DNA of 63,837 nt, counting the filler, from Octopus bimaculoides (Eukaryota), in NCBI RefSeq assembly GCF_001194135.2. It is 6 parts of 5 records of this genome, joined end to end, with 100 filler letters (N's around TTAATTAATTAA, not from the genome) between each part and the next. Parts side by side here need not be neighbours in the genome. Positions count along the whole stretch, not along the records: positions 34,692 to 62,091 come from NC_069000.1; 5 more parts are not named here. One strand, 5' to 3'. Below the pieces are notes generated by a model. That model was not told the origin of the DNA. It worked only from the letters and a program-made list of their open reading frames with translations, and ran no database searches. The position numbers were made by a program, and so were the translations under genes. Numbering within the stretch: position 1 is the stretch's first letter; each line of letters starts with the position of its first letter. Shown piece by piece: positions 35,515 to 49,309 of this stretch.

Positions 35515-35910
35515 GTCTCTATTTGTTTGTCAGTTGCTTGACTTTAACCAGTTGAGCATGTCCCTTAGTGGCTGACAATATGTGCACAGAGAGCAGAAGT
35601 AGTGGGGGAGCATCATAGCCATGTGTTGAGAGGAATTCTTTGGGGCTTGAATAACTCATATCTGGAAACATGGGTGTTTTATTCATCTTTAAATAACCCT
35701 CACTCAGTGACATTTTGAGTGGGATGAGCTACTCAACCTGAAGAAGATTCTAACTAGGCCCCACCTGCAAGATCACATGTCACGCACATATGGTTGAGAT
35801 GCCTGTACATGTTGTACCCTTATCAGACGGGTGGTCACTGAACTACTATATTTAAACCCCAGTGTAATTTTGATGACATGCAATGCTCTCTCATTCAATA
35901 ATAATAAATA

Positions 35911-35912
<2 letters not shown>
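35515..35912 (+). mobile_element. (AAT)n-tailed retroposon, 3' portion
   Basis: 5' part matches 36860-37016; 3' part (gtacccttatcagacggg...ctctctcattcaataataat) matches 61797-62091 in reverse. Confidence 0.75.
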
Positions 35913-35946
<34 letters not shown>

Positions 35947-36624
35947 NNNNNNNNNNNNNNNNNNNNNNNNNNNNNNNNNNNNNNNNNNNNNNNNNNNNNN
36001 NNNNNNNNNNNNNNNNNNNNNNNNNNNNNNNNNNNNNNNNNNNNNNNNNNNNNNNNNNNNNNNNNNNNNNNNNNNNNNNNNNNNNNNNNNNNNNNNNNNN
36101 NNNNNNNNNNNNNNNNNNNNNNNNNNNNNNNNNNNNNNNNNNNNNNNNNNNNNNNNNNNNNNNNNNNNNNNNNNNNNNNNNNNNNNNNNNNNNNNNNNNN
36201 NNNNNNNNNNNNNNNNNNNNNNNNNNNNNNNNNNNNNNNNNNNNNNNNNNNNNNNNNNNNNNNNNNNNNNNNNNNNNNNNNNNNNNNNNNNNNNNNNNNN
36301 NNNNNNNNNNNNNNNNNNNNNNNNNNNNNNNNNNNNNNNNNNNNNNNNNNNNNNNNNNNNNNNNNNNNNNNNNNNNNNNNNNNNNNNNNNNNNNNNNNNN
36401 NNNNNNNNNNNNNNNNNNNNNNNNNNNNNNNNNNNNNNNNNNNNNNNNNNNNNNNNNNNNNNNNNNNNNNNNNNNNNNNNNNNNNNNNNNNNNNNNNNNN
36501 NNNNNNNNNNNNNNNNNNNNNNNNNNNNNNNNNNNNNNNNNNNNNNNNNNNNNNNNNNNNNNNNNNNNNNNNNNNNNNNNNNNNNNNNNNNNNNNNNNNN
36601 NNNNNNNNNNNNNNNNNNNNNNNN

Positions 36625-36715
<91 letters not shown>

Positions 36716-36727
36716 TGATAATGATAA

Positions 36728-37016
36728 TAAATGCCCGGATGCAGTACCAGGCAGTGGCTCTCATGGCTTCTGATCTTAACTGATTGGAAATGTTATCATG
36801 TACATTGTTTTGTCTTGCTGTAAAAGATGGGCTACAGCAAATATTCTGCTTAATACCACAGATTTGCTTGTCAGTTGTTTGACCGTAACCTGTTGAGCAT
36901 GTCCCTTGGTGGCTGACGATATGTGCATCTCTGATCATGAGCAGAAGTAGTGGGGGAGCATCATAGTCATGTGTTGAGAGGAATTCTTTGGGGTCTGGAT
37001 AATTCACCTTTGGATA
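36728..37016 (+). mobile_element. (AAT)n-tailed retroposon family, 5' portion
   Basis: Begins after (aat)n at atgcccggatgcagtaccaggcagtggc; shares gagcatgtccctt.gtggctgac...gcagaagtagtgggggagcatcatag.catgtgttgagaggaattctttgggg with 35545-35650. Confidence 0.75.
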
Positions 37017-37239
37017 TATGAGAGCTCCGCGCTGAATAGCAGCATGGATGTGCTACACCGGGCTCTCCATTCAAAAACAAATCTAATCTAATAACATCGG
37101 TGGAATGGGATAAAGGAACCTGTGGAAACTTAAAGGAAGCGGTCTTTTAACGAAAATAATCACGAAAACGAAAATCTATTGCCATACAAAGCACTTTCTC
37201 CTATGTACGATGTTTAAGTGAAACATGTGCGAAACGCAC

Positions 37240-37900
37240 ACGCGAAATCAACATCGGAAAGTCCCTGCTGCTGCACCTGCTGTTGCTGTTGCTGCACTGG
37301 AAGTGGCACTGGTGTTGGTATTAGTGCTAATCGTTTCTCCTCTCTCTCTCTCTGGGGTAAGAGACCTTGAGATGGTTCTTGTCACCACAGAAGTAACATC
37401 TCGGCCTCCTGCCCTCTACGGCCATGTGTAGTTTTGTTCCGTCCGGTAGACTGATAGAGTCGGGAATGATCTCTAAGCTTCTTGTTCTACTTGGATTAAG
37501 AGCTCCAACTTCTGACCCGGCCAATTTTGTTGGTTCAACTTGTTCACCCCAGTATTGTATTGGTGTCCTCTATGTTTAGGAGGAGTGCCGCCACCAGCCA
37601 GCATATATTTATTTCTGGGGCACCTCCCCAATTTCTATTTTTGCTACGCGCCCACCAAGGTACGTGAGCACGAGTAAAATGTCTTGACCTTCTAGTGGCA
37701 GTGGAGTGGTGCTTTGCTTCTTGCTCCGTTGCGAAATGCACCTCCACGGTGGCGAAACGTTTTCCTCTTGTTACATACGTTTTTACAGTCCATACTGGCT
37801 TAAGTATGACTTCAAGTTGCTCTTGTGTTGTTTGTTCCATTCTTTTTTGTTGTGTGCGTTTACGCATTTGTAAATGAGTGGGTTCTTTTTTGTGTCCCTA
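37240..37900 (-). mobile_element. L1/Tx1-type ORF1 (gag-like) relic
   Basis: RRM-like VKTYVTRGKRFATVEVHFATEQEAK, then LPDGTKLHMAVEGRRPRCYFCGDKNHLKVSYP (degenerate CX2CX4HX4C knuckle); frameshifted. Confidence 0.65.
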
Positions 37901-38475
37901 ATTATAGCATTTGGTGTATTTATCGCTACATTGTTTCCTTTTTTTTTATTATTAATCCGTTTGACGCTTGAATGTCTTACACTGTGACATTTAATTTTTG
38001 CTCGCTGCCGAGGCGAAACCGTTGACGCTTGGCTTGTTGCTGTTGTTGTTCGTGTTTGTGGTGGTGGTAACAGTGTCAGTGTCATTCTTTCTTTCCTGTT
38101 TTCTGTTTTTTCTTTCCTTTTTCCTTCTTTTCCTGTGAAGGAACAATAGTGGTGGTGAAAGAGGGGTAGTCTTCGTTGAAATGGTTGTTCAATGTCTCGG
38201 TCTCATTCCCTCTCTCGATCGCCATCTTTTCTTTTTTTCGAAAAAAGTGTGTAATTAGCTCCCAAAGGGAGCTATTTCCAACAAAAACTAGTTCCGCAGG
38301 AGGACAGCTTCCCCAGAAACTGAATTCAGCAACAAAAACAGGAGTTCAACAAACTCTTCAGAACAAAACGACAAACACGAATTACTACTCACCGAGCTCA
38401 AAAAGAAGACGTCCTGACACACCAACAACAACATCAGCAACAACAACAACAACAGCAACAAAAACAATAATAATA

Positions 38476-38661
38476 TTTTCTACTCTAGGCCTGAAATTTT
38501 GGGGGAGGTGACCAGTCAATTAGATCGACCCCAGTATGCAATTGGTACTTAATTCATAGACCCCGAAAGGCAAAAGTCGACCTTGGCAGGATATGAACTC
38601 AGACGGAATACCGCTAAGCATTTCGCCCAGCTTGCTAACGATTCTGCCAGCTCGCCGCCTT
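38476..38661 (-). mobile_element. tRNA-derived SINE (aaggcggcgagctggcagaatcgttagc head)
   Basis: Reverse complement begins aaggcggcgagctggcagaatcgttagc; internal gagttca..tcc B-box-like; ends near aat repeats. Confidence 0.8.
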
Positions 38662-41600
38662 AACAATAATAAAAATAATAATAATAATAATACAGATAGT
38701 TAAAATATGTACAATACAGAAATAGTGGTACACCAGTACGGCCGCAGTTCAGGAAATAAAACTAGCAAAAGAATAAATGGAACCATATCTGATATTTACC
38801 ATTTGTGTTTTCAATAAAGTAATTTATACACCGTATTGTCTGAGAGGTAGAAATGAGGCTCTGTTGCATCTCTATCTGTTAGACCATAGACATAGCAGTG
38901 AAGTCCTTATATATTCTCTTAAATATATTATTCAACATTTCAAGATGTCTTTACCCCAAGTTGGCCAGAATTAACATGTGCTCATACATTGTTATTGTAT
39001 TTACGCTCCGTTGTTTTTTTCCTGGAACACAATGCAATAAAAGATGGTGGGAAGTGTTGTATGATCTCAGTTCAATGAATGAAGTTAGGAAAAGAATAAA
39101 ATAATAAGCAAAATGAATCGATCATCACTATTAGTTCGGTTAGGTCAGTTTATCCTCTTCTTCCGGTTTACCTATTTGTTCATTTATTTTATCCTTTTAT
39201 ATAAATTTATTTATGTTTATAGTACATGATGTTATTGTTGATTCTCTTATCTTCTTTTTCTGTCTTTCTGTTTTTCTTTCTCTCTTAATCTAAATATCAT
39301 CACAGAGAAAATGGATTGATGATCAAGCTAAGTGACTATGTTTGTTTTATGATCATTTAATCCGAATCACAAATTAGATGTCTTCAAACAAAATACTGAG
39401 TTAACGTGACCGCCATTCGTCTGATGTGAATGGCAACAGATTTATGACTATGACATTTCGACACTGTTATTCCTGTCACTATTTTCCTTCGTCCACTTTT
39501 TTCGCTTCCACACTATTCAGCTTCATTTTCATCTTCTTTCTTTTTGTCTGGCAGCTCTTGGTTTCCTCCTCTACTTTTTTTTCTTGCTTCTTTCTTTATA
39601 TAACAAAGATGACGTAATGGATAATATGATCCTAGATATACTATGCTTGTAAAACATGACATGGTCACCGTTAGAAGGTATTTAATCATACTTCTGCTCA
39701 ATCGCAATTAATGTGAAGCTAAGCATCAATAATTTCTCATTTCTCTTCTTCCCCGTCTCATTCTCCACCAACGTTTATTCCTTTTCTTTCGTCTTTTTCT
39801 TCTCTTCTCCACCATTTTGTCTGCAACCTTCATCAATTTACCTGTTCTCTTAAAACAATTTGTCATTCCTGTGTCGCCACTGTTATTGTCCGATTCTTCC
39901 TTTATCCCTTTCTCTTCGTCTACAACTTTCTTCAAAATCTCATTCTTCGCCCTTTTCACATTCCTTTGTTTCTTTTACTACCTTCCTCCTATCTCCCTTT
40001 CCATTCTAACATCATTTCATTACGCTGTTTCTTTATAAGGTTGCTCAGCCGACCTACTCGAAATAGTCGAATGTCCTTCAAGTCACGCATTACATTTTTG
40101 ATTATCTAAGACAGACTGTCTTCAAGAGGAAGAGCAGAACGGTCATAGCTAGAACACTTTTCCTCGTAGGTCTGCTCGATCTGACTGTTGGCTACACACG
40201 AGATTCCAGCATTCATTTATTCGGTTATCCTTTCTCGTTTTACCAATGATACTTGTAATCATTCAGTCTTTCTATATATATATATATATATTACACATTC
40301 TTTAATTTCCCCACGGTTTGATTCATTATTCATTATTCTCCTTTCTTTCTTTACTTCCTTCCTGATGTCATTAAATTTCTTTAATATCTGATTATTCGTT
40401 CTCCGCATTGAAAAGATTTTCATGCACATTGCTATGCAGATATAATCAGTTTCATTTGCCACGTTAATCATCTGCACTCAGCCGTTAACCACGAGCGACC
40501 AAAACAACTAATATCAGAGAGGCACTGTTTCGATGAACGGAAGATTCGAAACATTATTGNNNNNNNNNNNNNNNNNNNNNNNNNNNNNNNNNNNNNNNNN
40601 NNNNNNNNNNNNNNNNNNNNNNNNGTAACTCATATGTAAAACTGGAGCCTAAAAATCGTTACATGCAATGCATAGTTCGATCATGAGTGTATTTTAATTA
40701 CACCATCAAATTATCTGTTAAACTAAAGTTATCAATTACATTAGCAACCTTTTGTCTTCCCGTGTACAATTCTGCCTTTAAATATAAACCTTTTCGGAGT
40801 TATACAGTCGGAATATTTTGATATCCCAACGTATTCGTTCATCTTTGATGTATTGCTTGAATAATTTTTGTTGAGATCGTACGCTCAACACGCGATGGTT
40901 TGATGAGGGTATGCTCCCCGAGGCACGCAGTATTCCTTGAATTTTCATATCAGATAGCTGAACAATAGGCGTGTTTTATAGATTTCATCGCCCGTATCAA
41001 TTTGTGTATCTTTCTCCCCTCCACAGCATTCATTACGGACGAAATAACATGAAACGCGTCTCTAGCCATGGAGCTGCGTTCATTTATGGGTCTCTGAACC
41101 ATCAATGTATTAGTTTAAAATTTTGGCACAAGGCTAACAATTTCAGGAGAGGGGCTAACGCGATTACATCGAGCCCAGACCTCGACTGGTATTTATATTA
41201 TTGACCCCGAAAGGATGAAAGGCAAAGTCTACTTCGGCGGAATTTGATCTCAGAACGTAAAGACGGACGAAATACCGCAAAACATCTTGCCCGGCGTGTT
41301 AATGATTCTCTCTGTTCATCCCTGGAACTCTCAAAACATTCACAAAATATTCTCAAGATATTCACATTTGTTTTTGTATAGAATAGCTTCCGTCCCAAAT
41401 TTCTCGCAGCCTATCAATTGAATTTAGATTTCAACCTTGACTCACACTTTTAGTCAAACTCAAATGTCATAGATCATTCTCCCAGACTAAGTCAGTAAGG
41501 GTGGTCTCGGCATTGGGTTCGTTTGAATATTCTTTGTTAATGATGACTAGCTGACCGAAACCCAGCGTCCAGTAAAGGCATTGGTGTCCCTACTATCCTA

Positions 41601-42224
41601 GTGGGGTGAGGATGGTGTGTTTCTAATCCTAAAAACAGTACCATATCCTCTACTACGACTACTAGTACCCTGCTTAGGACATTGGGGTACCCTTCTCATC
41701 ATCACCTGACTTAATAATACTAATTATTCTGTTATGCACACGTTCATTATCATTACTCAGCTCAGAATCGCGTTCGTTTCCGAAATTACTATCGTTACTA
41801 TAACTATCACCCTGGGTTATAACCTGGTCAGCCAATAGCTTTCTATACGCAGTGTTTAGGAATTTAGTTTACCAGAAATCAAAAAAGCAAAAATTTATAC
41901 AGGTTTGAAGACGCAATTATTGTGGCCATTAAAGTCACCAGTGAAGCGAAGCGAAGCTTCCGAGGAACTGGGGAATCTGCGAGGAAATTTGCGGTGGGGG
42001 ATGAACAGTTCATAAGATGACAGTTAAGGAATGATGCTAGAGCTATGAGATCTTGTATGTAATATGTCAACCCCTCATAGTAATTCCTGCATTGTTTCTC
42101 TCCAGGTAAGTTGATATCTGATTATTCAAAGAAGACTTCAAATGTAACTAGTAGCGACTTCTCTTGAAAACGGACAAAGTTTAGCATTGTGGTGTTATCA
42201 AGTACCTACAGAAATTCGTTTCGC

Positions 42225-42410
42225 TCCAATGGACATTCATTCTGAAACGCTCCAGCCTTATCAACAGTGCAAAAGTGGGCAACAGAGTTTAGGAAAGTAA
42301 AAGAGAGTCTAGAAGATGATCAAATGTCTAGACGTCCTGTAACTCCCACAACCGAAGAAAACATTAATCGTGTTCACCACATGCTGATGGATGACAGATC
42401 ATTGGCTATA
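42225..42410 (+). mobile_element. Mariner HTH fragment
   Basis: VQKWATEFRKVKESLEDDQMSRRPVTPTTEENINRVHHMLMDDR. Confidence 0.8.
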
Positions 42411-42528
42411 TTAGGAAACTCGTACTACTTAGAAACTAACAAATCGTCTGCAAATACTGTAATACCAAGCCTTTACTACATTGAATTCCAATTCATATGT
42501 TGCAAATGGGTTATACATTGTCAAACGC

Positions 42529-42571
<43 letters not shown>

Positions 42572-42603
42572 NNNNNNNNNNNNNNNNNNNNNNNNNNNNN
42601 NNN

Positions 42604-42639
<36 letters not shown>

Positions 42640-44153
42640 AAACATTTCTACATAAACAGCTGAATTATTCTTTTGCTCACACACTCACCCGATGATCCTC
42701 CTATTTTATAAAATATTTATAAAATATTTCATTGGTAAATAACTACCTAAACTGCAGGAAAATATTAAATATGTATCCTCACGAGTCAAGTAGAAAGCCT
42801 TAAAATTATCCCTTGATATGCAGGAAATAGCACCCAGATCTCCCTCACATCACATCTTAGCTCTCTCGAGAATGACAGGATATGTTCAGAATAATATAGT
42901 CCAAGATTAAGGATACATTAAAAGCAAAAGGTAATGGGAACGGATAGAAACAGCCATTTAAGAATGACCTTCTAAACAGCATTTACTCTAAGTTTTGAAA
43001 CTGTAGATCTGAAACGAAATAGATACAATATCGTTTACATCAAGCAGCCTCTGGATGGTAAACCATCAAGCATAATTTTTGACGATTACTTGTGGTTATA
43101 TTATCAGTTTTAAACGTTGGTGAGGTTGTCCCAAGAATATAAGTATAAATAGTCAATTGTCAGTCCTATTCAGAAGCAGGTGCCACAGCTTTTCAAAATT
43201 TAAACTGACATTATCTCAGGCTCAACACTGCTCGTTCAAAATTACCTGATCGTTTGTCGAGAATGGTTGTATGAATGGTAGCTTTCGATGAAAAATGCAG
43301 AGTTGCATATGTTTGAGCAAGAAAATAAGAATGCTGTCTCAAACGAGAAAGATTTTGAGCTAGAGAATAAAATCGTATGATACTTCATGTTCAGAAAACT
43401 TGACCCAATATCCAGGATCTTCAACCTGATACATCGATTACTTTTGTTTTGGAATGGCAGCACTTTTCACATTTTTTTTCTTTTCAGAAAATTGTTTACA
43501 CAGCTACAGGGTTTCTTAAGAAAAAGTACCGTTTGTAATGACCTTTCTTATTGTGGGTTAAATGCTGCATTCAACGATTAATACAAACTGTGATGACTTT
43601 TGTACAATACTGTATAGCCACGATGACACGGAAAGAGATGTAGAAGGCGATCTTGAAATTGTCTTAATTTGTATTTGCTTTCAAATGAGATTTGATTTCA
43701 GATTGATCATTGGATCTAAAACAAAGCATCATGGTAGAGTCATATCAGATATTGATAATAGATTAATACTATTCTATTCACCTTTTAATTATAATTATCT
43801 TCAATAGTTATGCTATATTATAAGTTATCAACGTCTTCCTACTTGCATGTACAACCGCGTAACGGATACTTGACGTCTTTCTATTAACAACAGGGAAGCC
43901 ATTATTAATGTTCATTTAAATGGGAAACAACTAAATGCACTCGGTGAACGTGCACACTGAATGGCTCCATTGAATATGCCATTGTCATTGTTCCTCTTCA
44001 ACACCTGATCACAGAATAAGTCAGCTGAGAAAAACCAGAATATGTCTGTTTACATGTGTGTGTGTGTGTGTGTGTCTGTCTGTCTGTCTGTTGTGTGTGT
44101 GAGAGAGACACTGCCCGTCTGTGCATTCATATTCATACTTACATACACACACG

Positions 44154-44195
<42 letters not shown>

Positions 44196-44562
44196 TACAC
44201 ACATACATATATATAATCATGAACTCTCCCGTCGTTACACGACGAATGAGGCTTCGGCGATTCCTTACTGAACAACCACAGAGATGATTTGTTTATAGTG
44301 ATCAAATGCTTGTGTTCTCATAAGCTCACTCCCTCCATGAAATCGAAAGTAATTGTACAGCTACACCGTGTGCCGCATATCACATTACGAAATTATAACA
44401 CACCATCATGAAATGAAGTGTTTTGCTCAAGAACACAATGCAACGCCCGGTCTGGGAATCGAAACCACGATCTCGCAAAACCTAACCACCAAGCCATACG
44501 CCTTCATATATATATATATATGTGTGTGTGTGTGTATGTGTGTGTGTGTGTGTGTGTGTGTA

Positions 44563-44770
44563 TACGAGGGTGCTTAAAAGCTCTTGGGTTTGGGTAAAAG
44601 AAGACAAAAGAGGATCAGTTAATTGATTTTATTCAAATATTCCCTTTCAGATTCACAAATTGCAGCGGTCCTTCACATTTTGTAAGCCTTGTGAAAGAAC
44701 TCCGAAGGTTAGGCCGCCAGCCAGGCCTTTCGTGAGATCCTTAAAGCTAGGAACTTTACAGCCCCTCCCC
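44563..44770 (-). mobile_element. Mariner-derived MITE, about 205 bp
   Basis: Ends tacgagggtgcttaaaagctcttgg and ctaggaactttacagcccctc; the interior is the reverse complement of the copies at 48893-49092 and 50694-50865. Confidence 0.75.
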
Positions 44771-45274
44771 TTACACGTGTATATATGTGTGTATACATAT
44801 ATGTGCCTATATGTGTTTATGTATATGTGTGTATGTATGTATATATGTATGTATGAATGTATGTATGTATGTATGTATGTATTATGTATGTATGCGCAGA
44901 TTGGTATGTTTTATGTATGTATTCTCATGCGTATAGTTACTTATCTAGACTTGCTCATATATATCTAAATGATAAACTTCTGGAAAGTTTTACAGATTTT
45001 TACAGTTCTAGTGATGGATTGGGTCTGTAGTCTTCGAATTATCTTTCGCCTTTCTGGTTTTGAGAAGCCTAATTTCTCAAGATTGGTATTTAGGCAGTGC
45101 GTTACATATCCCAGGGTCCCAATAATTACAGGTGTAAACCTAAACTTGTTATCTGGATAGAGTAACTGCAGATTTCTGAATAGTTCAGGATAGGTGTTCC
45201 CTTTTTCACTGATCTTGAATGCCAGTATGTATATGTATGTATGTATGTATATATATCAATATATATGTATGTGC

Positions 45275-45308
<34 letters not shown>

Positions 45309-45318
45309 NNNNNNNNNN

Positions 45319-45358
<40 letters not shown>

Positions 45359-46344
45359 CAATGAGAATATTTAAACCTCTTAACACTGGTTTAATATATC
45401 AAATTTTGAAGAGATATTTCTTCAATGAATATATTATATGAAATATTGTAATATAACGAACATTAATTAAGGAGTTAGAAAAAAGAGATATCTAATGGAT
45501 ACAAATTAATTTATTAATTATCAACATATGTTGATTAATTAATAAATTAATTTGTATCCATTTAATCTCTCTGTTTTCTAACGAGATAAAATATACACAC
45601 ATGTACGTATACATGTATGTATGTATACACACATATGTGTGTATAAATAAATATATATCTCTGTGTGTATCATTGTGTTTATTAACTGGATATCTTCTGT
45701 TCATATTCTAGGTATTTCACTCGTTTTACCGCTAGCATATTTTCGTAAGAGATTCCATGAAGAATCAGTACCTTCTGTAAGGATTATTGTTTCAATACTA
45801 TGGTCAGTAAACCTGTCTCCAGCGAACCTTATTCTAATTCGGTATTGTGCATTTCCAACTAATATTCTTCTACAGAGCAGTTATCTAGAAATGTGCCATT
45901 TCATTCTCGTCTTATCTATTCAGTCTTAACAATTAATTTCCTGTTCTATTGCGCTCATACTGTAGCTTATTCCACACTTCTACTCATACTTCTTTTTGTT
46001 GTCTTTTAATTTTATATTATAATATACATGATGTGTTAATGCTTCGATCTATTTAAAGCGTAACATCTATTTATTTGTATCTTCGAAAGTTGACCTTAAG
46101 TAATGTGCAATATATCTTTCTTTTTTATCATTCTAATATAAAAACAAATGCTTGTGTATGTTTATAAATGAGTGTGCAAGCATTTGTGAGTGCGCGCGCG
46201 CGTGTGTGTACGTGTGCGTGCGAGTATGCGAGTATGTGTACGTCCGAGTGTGCGTGTGAGAGCGAGAATATATCTTGAAAAGCTACACAAGGCCACAGAA
46301 ATATCAGAATATATATATGGTATTAATTTAACTCTTGTAGGGAA

Positions 46345-46389
46345 GAAAATGCATAACGTTTCGGGCCAGGTTCTTTCATCAGATGAATA

Positions 46390-46392
<3 letters not shown>
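46345..46392 (-). ncRNA. Degenerate minimal hammerhead ribozyme motif (Penelope pLTR-type)
   Basis: Minus strand AUUCAU-CUGAUGA-A-AGAACCUGGCCC-GAAAC-GUU-AUGCAU. Core boxes intact, stem I 5/6 paired, stem II mostly unpaired; follows a (TC)n tract. Confidence 0.55.
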
Positions 46393-46442
<50 letters not shown>

Positions 46443-47231
46443 TGTGAGAGAGAGAGAGTGAGAGAGAGAGAGAGATAAGGAAAATGTAAATGAAAAGAAA
46501 TAAGGGCTGAAAATCTACATATTGCCGAATCAAGTATAATTTTTGAAATTGACTGAACAATTAGCGAGAATAACTTTAAAGAGTAAAAGAGTGAAAATGG
46601 AGGATAACGGATAACATGTGCATGGCTATGATCGTGTGTTGGGCGTGTGTGATATTTTATGTATCGGAACATTGAATGTGTACACGTGTGTGTTAGTTTA
46701 TGTGCATTTAAAACAATCATGCCAAAATGTCTATGCACACCAGAAAAGAGGCACATTCGCAGAGAAAAAGAAAACGCAAACGCACACAAACATATTCCAA
46801 AAACTTGTAACTCATCACACGTGAATGATATACAAACGTAAGTGATGCCCACGTCTTCTAACATCCCATGCTTTCAAACAAATACGTACATATGCCAGTT
46901 TCAACTTTCACTCACAAGCACACATACAGTGTATACACGATCACACAACAAGCACCACAATATCAAAACACACGTTCTCCGCCATATAAACAAAAACACG
47001 CATACTTTTGATTCAAACAGACAATGTGTATTCGCATACACACTCACGCACGGAAACACACATACATACACATACGCGCGCGCGCGCACATACACACATA
47101 TTAATATTTAGCAGAATCAACAGACTAACTCAAGGGAGCTTGATTCGCTCTGGTACTTCTATGAAATATTAATTTTAATAAAGAACATGCATAAGCTCGT
47201 ATTTTGAGTTCAATTTTTCCTGTATGCGTCA

Positions 47232-47267
<36 letters not shown>

Positions 47268-48892
47268 NNNNNNNNNNNNNNNNNNNNNNNNNNNNNNNNN
47301 NNNNNNNNNNNNNNNNNNNNNNNNNNNNNNNNNNNNNNNNNNNNNNNNNNNNNNNNNNNNNNNNNNNNNNNNNNNNNNNCTCTCTCGCTCTTTCATTATA
47401 TATATATATCCAGTTGAGACAAAGTGAGGTTTCACTCAAATTTCAATGTTTTGATTTCTTCAGGAGTGACATATATTTCATCAAAAACATTACATTTTAT
47501 AAGAATATATCTAAGACGTAGCATAACAATCTCGATAACGCTTGATAAGCTAATTGCAGAGACTCTGCGCCGTGTGAAAGAAAGTAACACAGAAATTGTA
47601 ATCTGTATTTACGCTTTATATAATAAAATGCCTGTTTCAGAAGACTGCCAAAACACCAACAGCTCTTATATAGGAAAAAATGCTGATTTTTTTCAATAAT
47701 GTTGATGAGAGAGCCGGCTGTATTCACCGCATAACTCGGCTTTTAAGCTCATGTAATCGATGGTTTTCAGGTGGTTTTGAGACACGTGGACATTATACAA
47801 GGCATAAATACCGACTGCGTTTTCTAAGGTCTTTTCATTTATATAATAATTGTAAAGAGCAAATTTCAGGAAAGTTTCCACTACTCTATCCTGTAACTTG
47901 TTAAAAAAAGATGCCCCCTACACAAAATATTGCTACCTTTTTACAAAACTGCGATCAATTGAAATATACCCATATATTCACGTTTATGTATTAAAATAAT
48001 ATGATGCATTACAGAAGAAACATATAGATATCTGTAGAACCTTATCATGTACTCTTCACAACTGTAAATGACTGAGTTTATGTATATAATCTCACCGTCA
48101 ATTGAAGAAGACGGATTCTCAATTTTCACGAGCAAAAGACTTCTCTAATTTATAAATAGAGTACTGTCGCTGTATAGCCACAGCTGAATGGCCAAAACCA
48201 ATAATCCAGTCTTTACGTGCATGTGTATGTATGTGTGTGTGTGTGTATGTGTGTGTGTGTGCGTGCGCGCACGGGTGTGTGTGTAACAAAGAGAGAAAGA
48301 GAGAGAATGTGAGCATATTTGAATGTGTCTGTGTACATACACGTTTGTCGGCATTTGTACATGGTTGATAGTAGTCATTTATTATTCATGCTTCGTCTTA
48401 TGATCTCAGAGTTAGTTTAACCTTTACTTCCTTTCATTCTTGTAATTGCTGGCGAAATTCTGATTATATTCAAGATCGTTGTACATTTTTGTTTTTATTT
48501 TCTTATTTCCATCAGATGTCAAGGTTTTCAACCATATATCCCGCCCAAGTGTGTGCGTGTGTCGATACATGAATAAATTACATATGCTCTAGAGTAATAG
48601 TGAAGAAGGCAACGTCAACAACAGCAATTGTGACAGAAGCCACCACTTCAACCAACCACACTGTAACAAGAACAAGAACAGCAACAACAACAAGAACAGC
48701 AACAAAAGCAATGCTAACAGCAGCAGTAATAACACTACTGACAGTCAGGTATGTCAAATGCCTTCTCGTCACGACTCATTGTCCTTTCAATTTCTTGACA
48801 TAGACCTAACGAGGAATTCTTGAAACCATTTATACAGTTGGCTGCGTTTATGCAATTCCGTATATTGATAGAAATTACAAACAAATATCTGA

Positions 48893-49092
48893 CAAGTTCC
48901 TGGCTTTAAGTGTCTCGCGAAAGACCTGGTTGGAGGCCCAACATTCCGAGTTCTCTTACAGGGCTTAGAAAAACTGAAGAGCCTTTGCAGAAAGTGCGCG
49001 AATCTAAGAGGGGAATACGTTGAATAAAATCAGAATTAACTCATCCTCCCGTATTTACTTTTATCCAAATCAGGGACATTTTAACACTCCCC
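48893..49092 (+). mobile_element. Mariner-derived MITE
   Basis: Contains the C-terminal transposase remnant GLEKLKSLCRKCANLRGEYVE*; same family as 44563 and 50694. Confidence 0.75.
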
Positions 49093-49309
49093 CAAAATTC
49101 AATGTCTTAACAAAAAAGATTGTACGGTCATAGTTGGGATGCTTTTGGTTGTACAGTTAACCAGTCAAAAAGGACCGGGAGCAAAACGACGACAGGAATC
49201 ACATTCAATATCATGCATGTGTTGTAAATATATTAGGCTATGAATAAACATGATCTAGTATGGTATGGTCCTCAGCTCACCTGTGTATTGCGTCTTGTGG
49301 GAGTTGGAT

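Noticed and set aside
35883-37007. 296-aa and 370-aa ORFs (also 50131-50812, 58224-59140, 59870-60480)
   Set aside because: Mostly N runs translated as X.
39000-40040. K/R/E-rich minus-strand ORFs as a gene or a second ORF1
   Set aside because: Low-complexity purine-rich strand with no recognisable domain or splice-consistent structure.
41545-41575. actagctgaccgaaacccagcg as a minus-strand Helitron 3' end
   Set aside because: CTAGT is present but the hairpin does not pair convincingly.
42095-42115. tttctctccag|gtaagt as a plus-strand splice signal
   Set aside because: No adjoining exon with coding signal; such matches are expected by chance in 64 kb.
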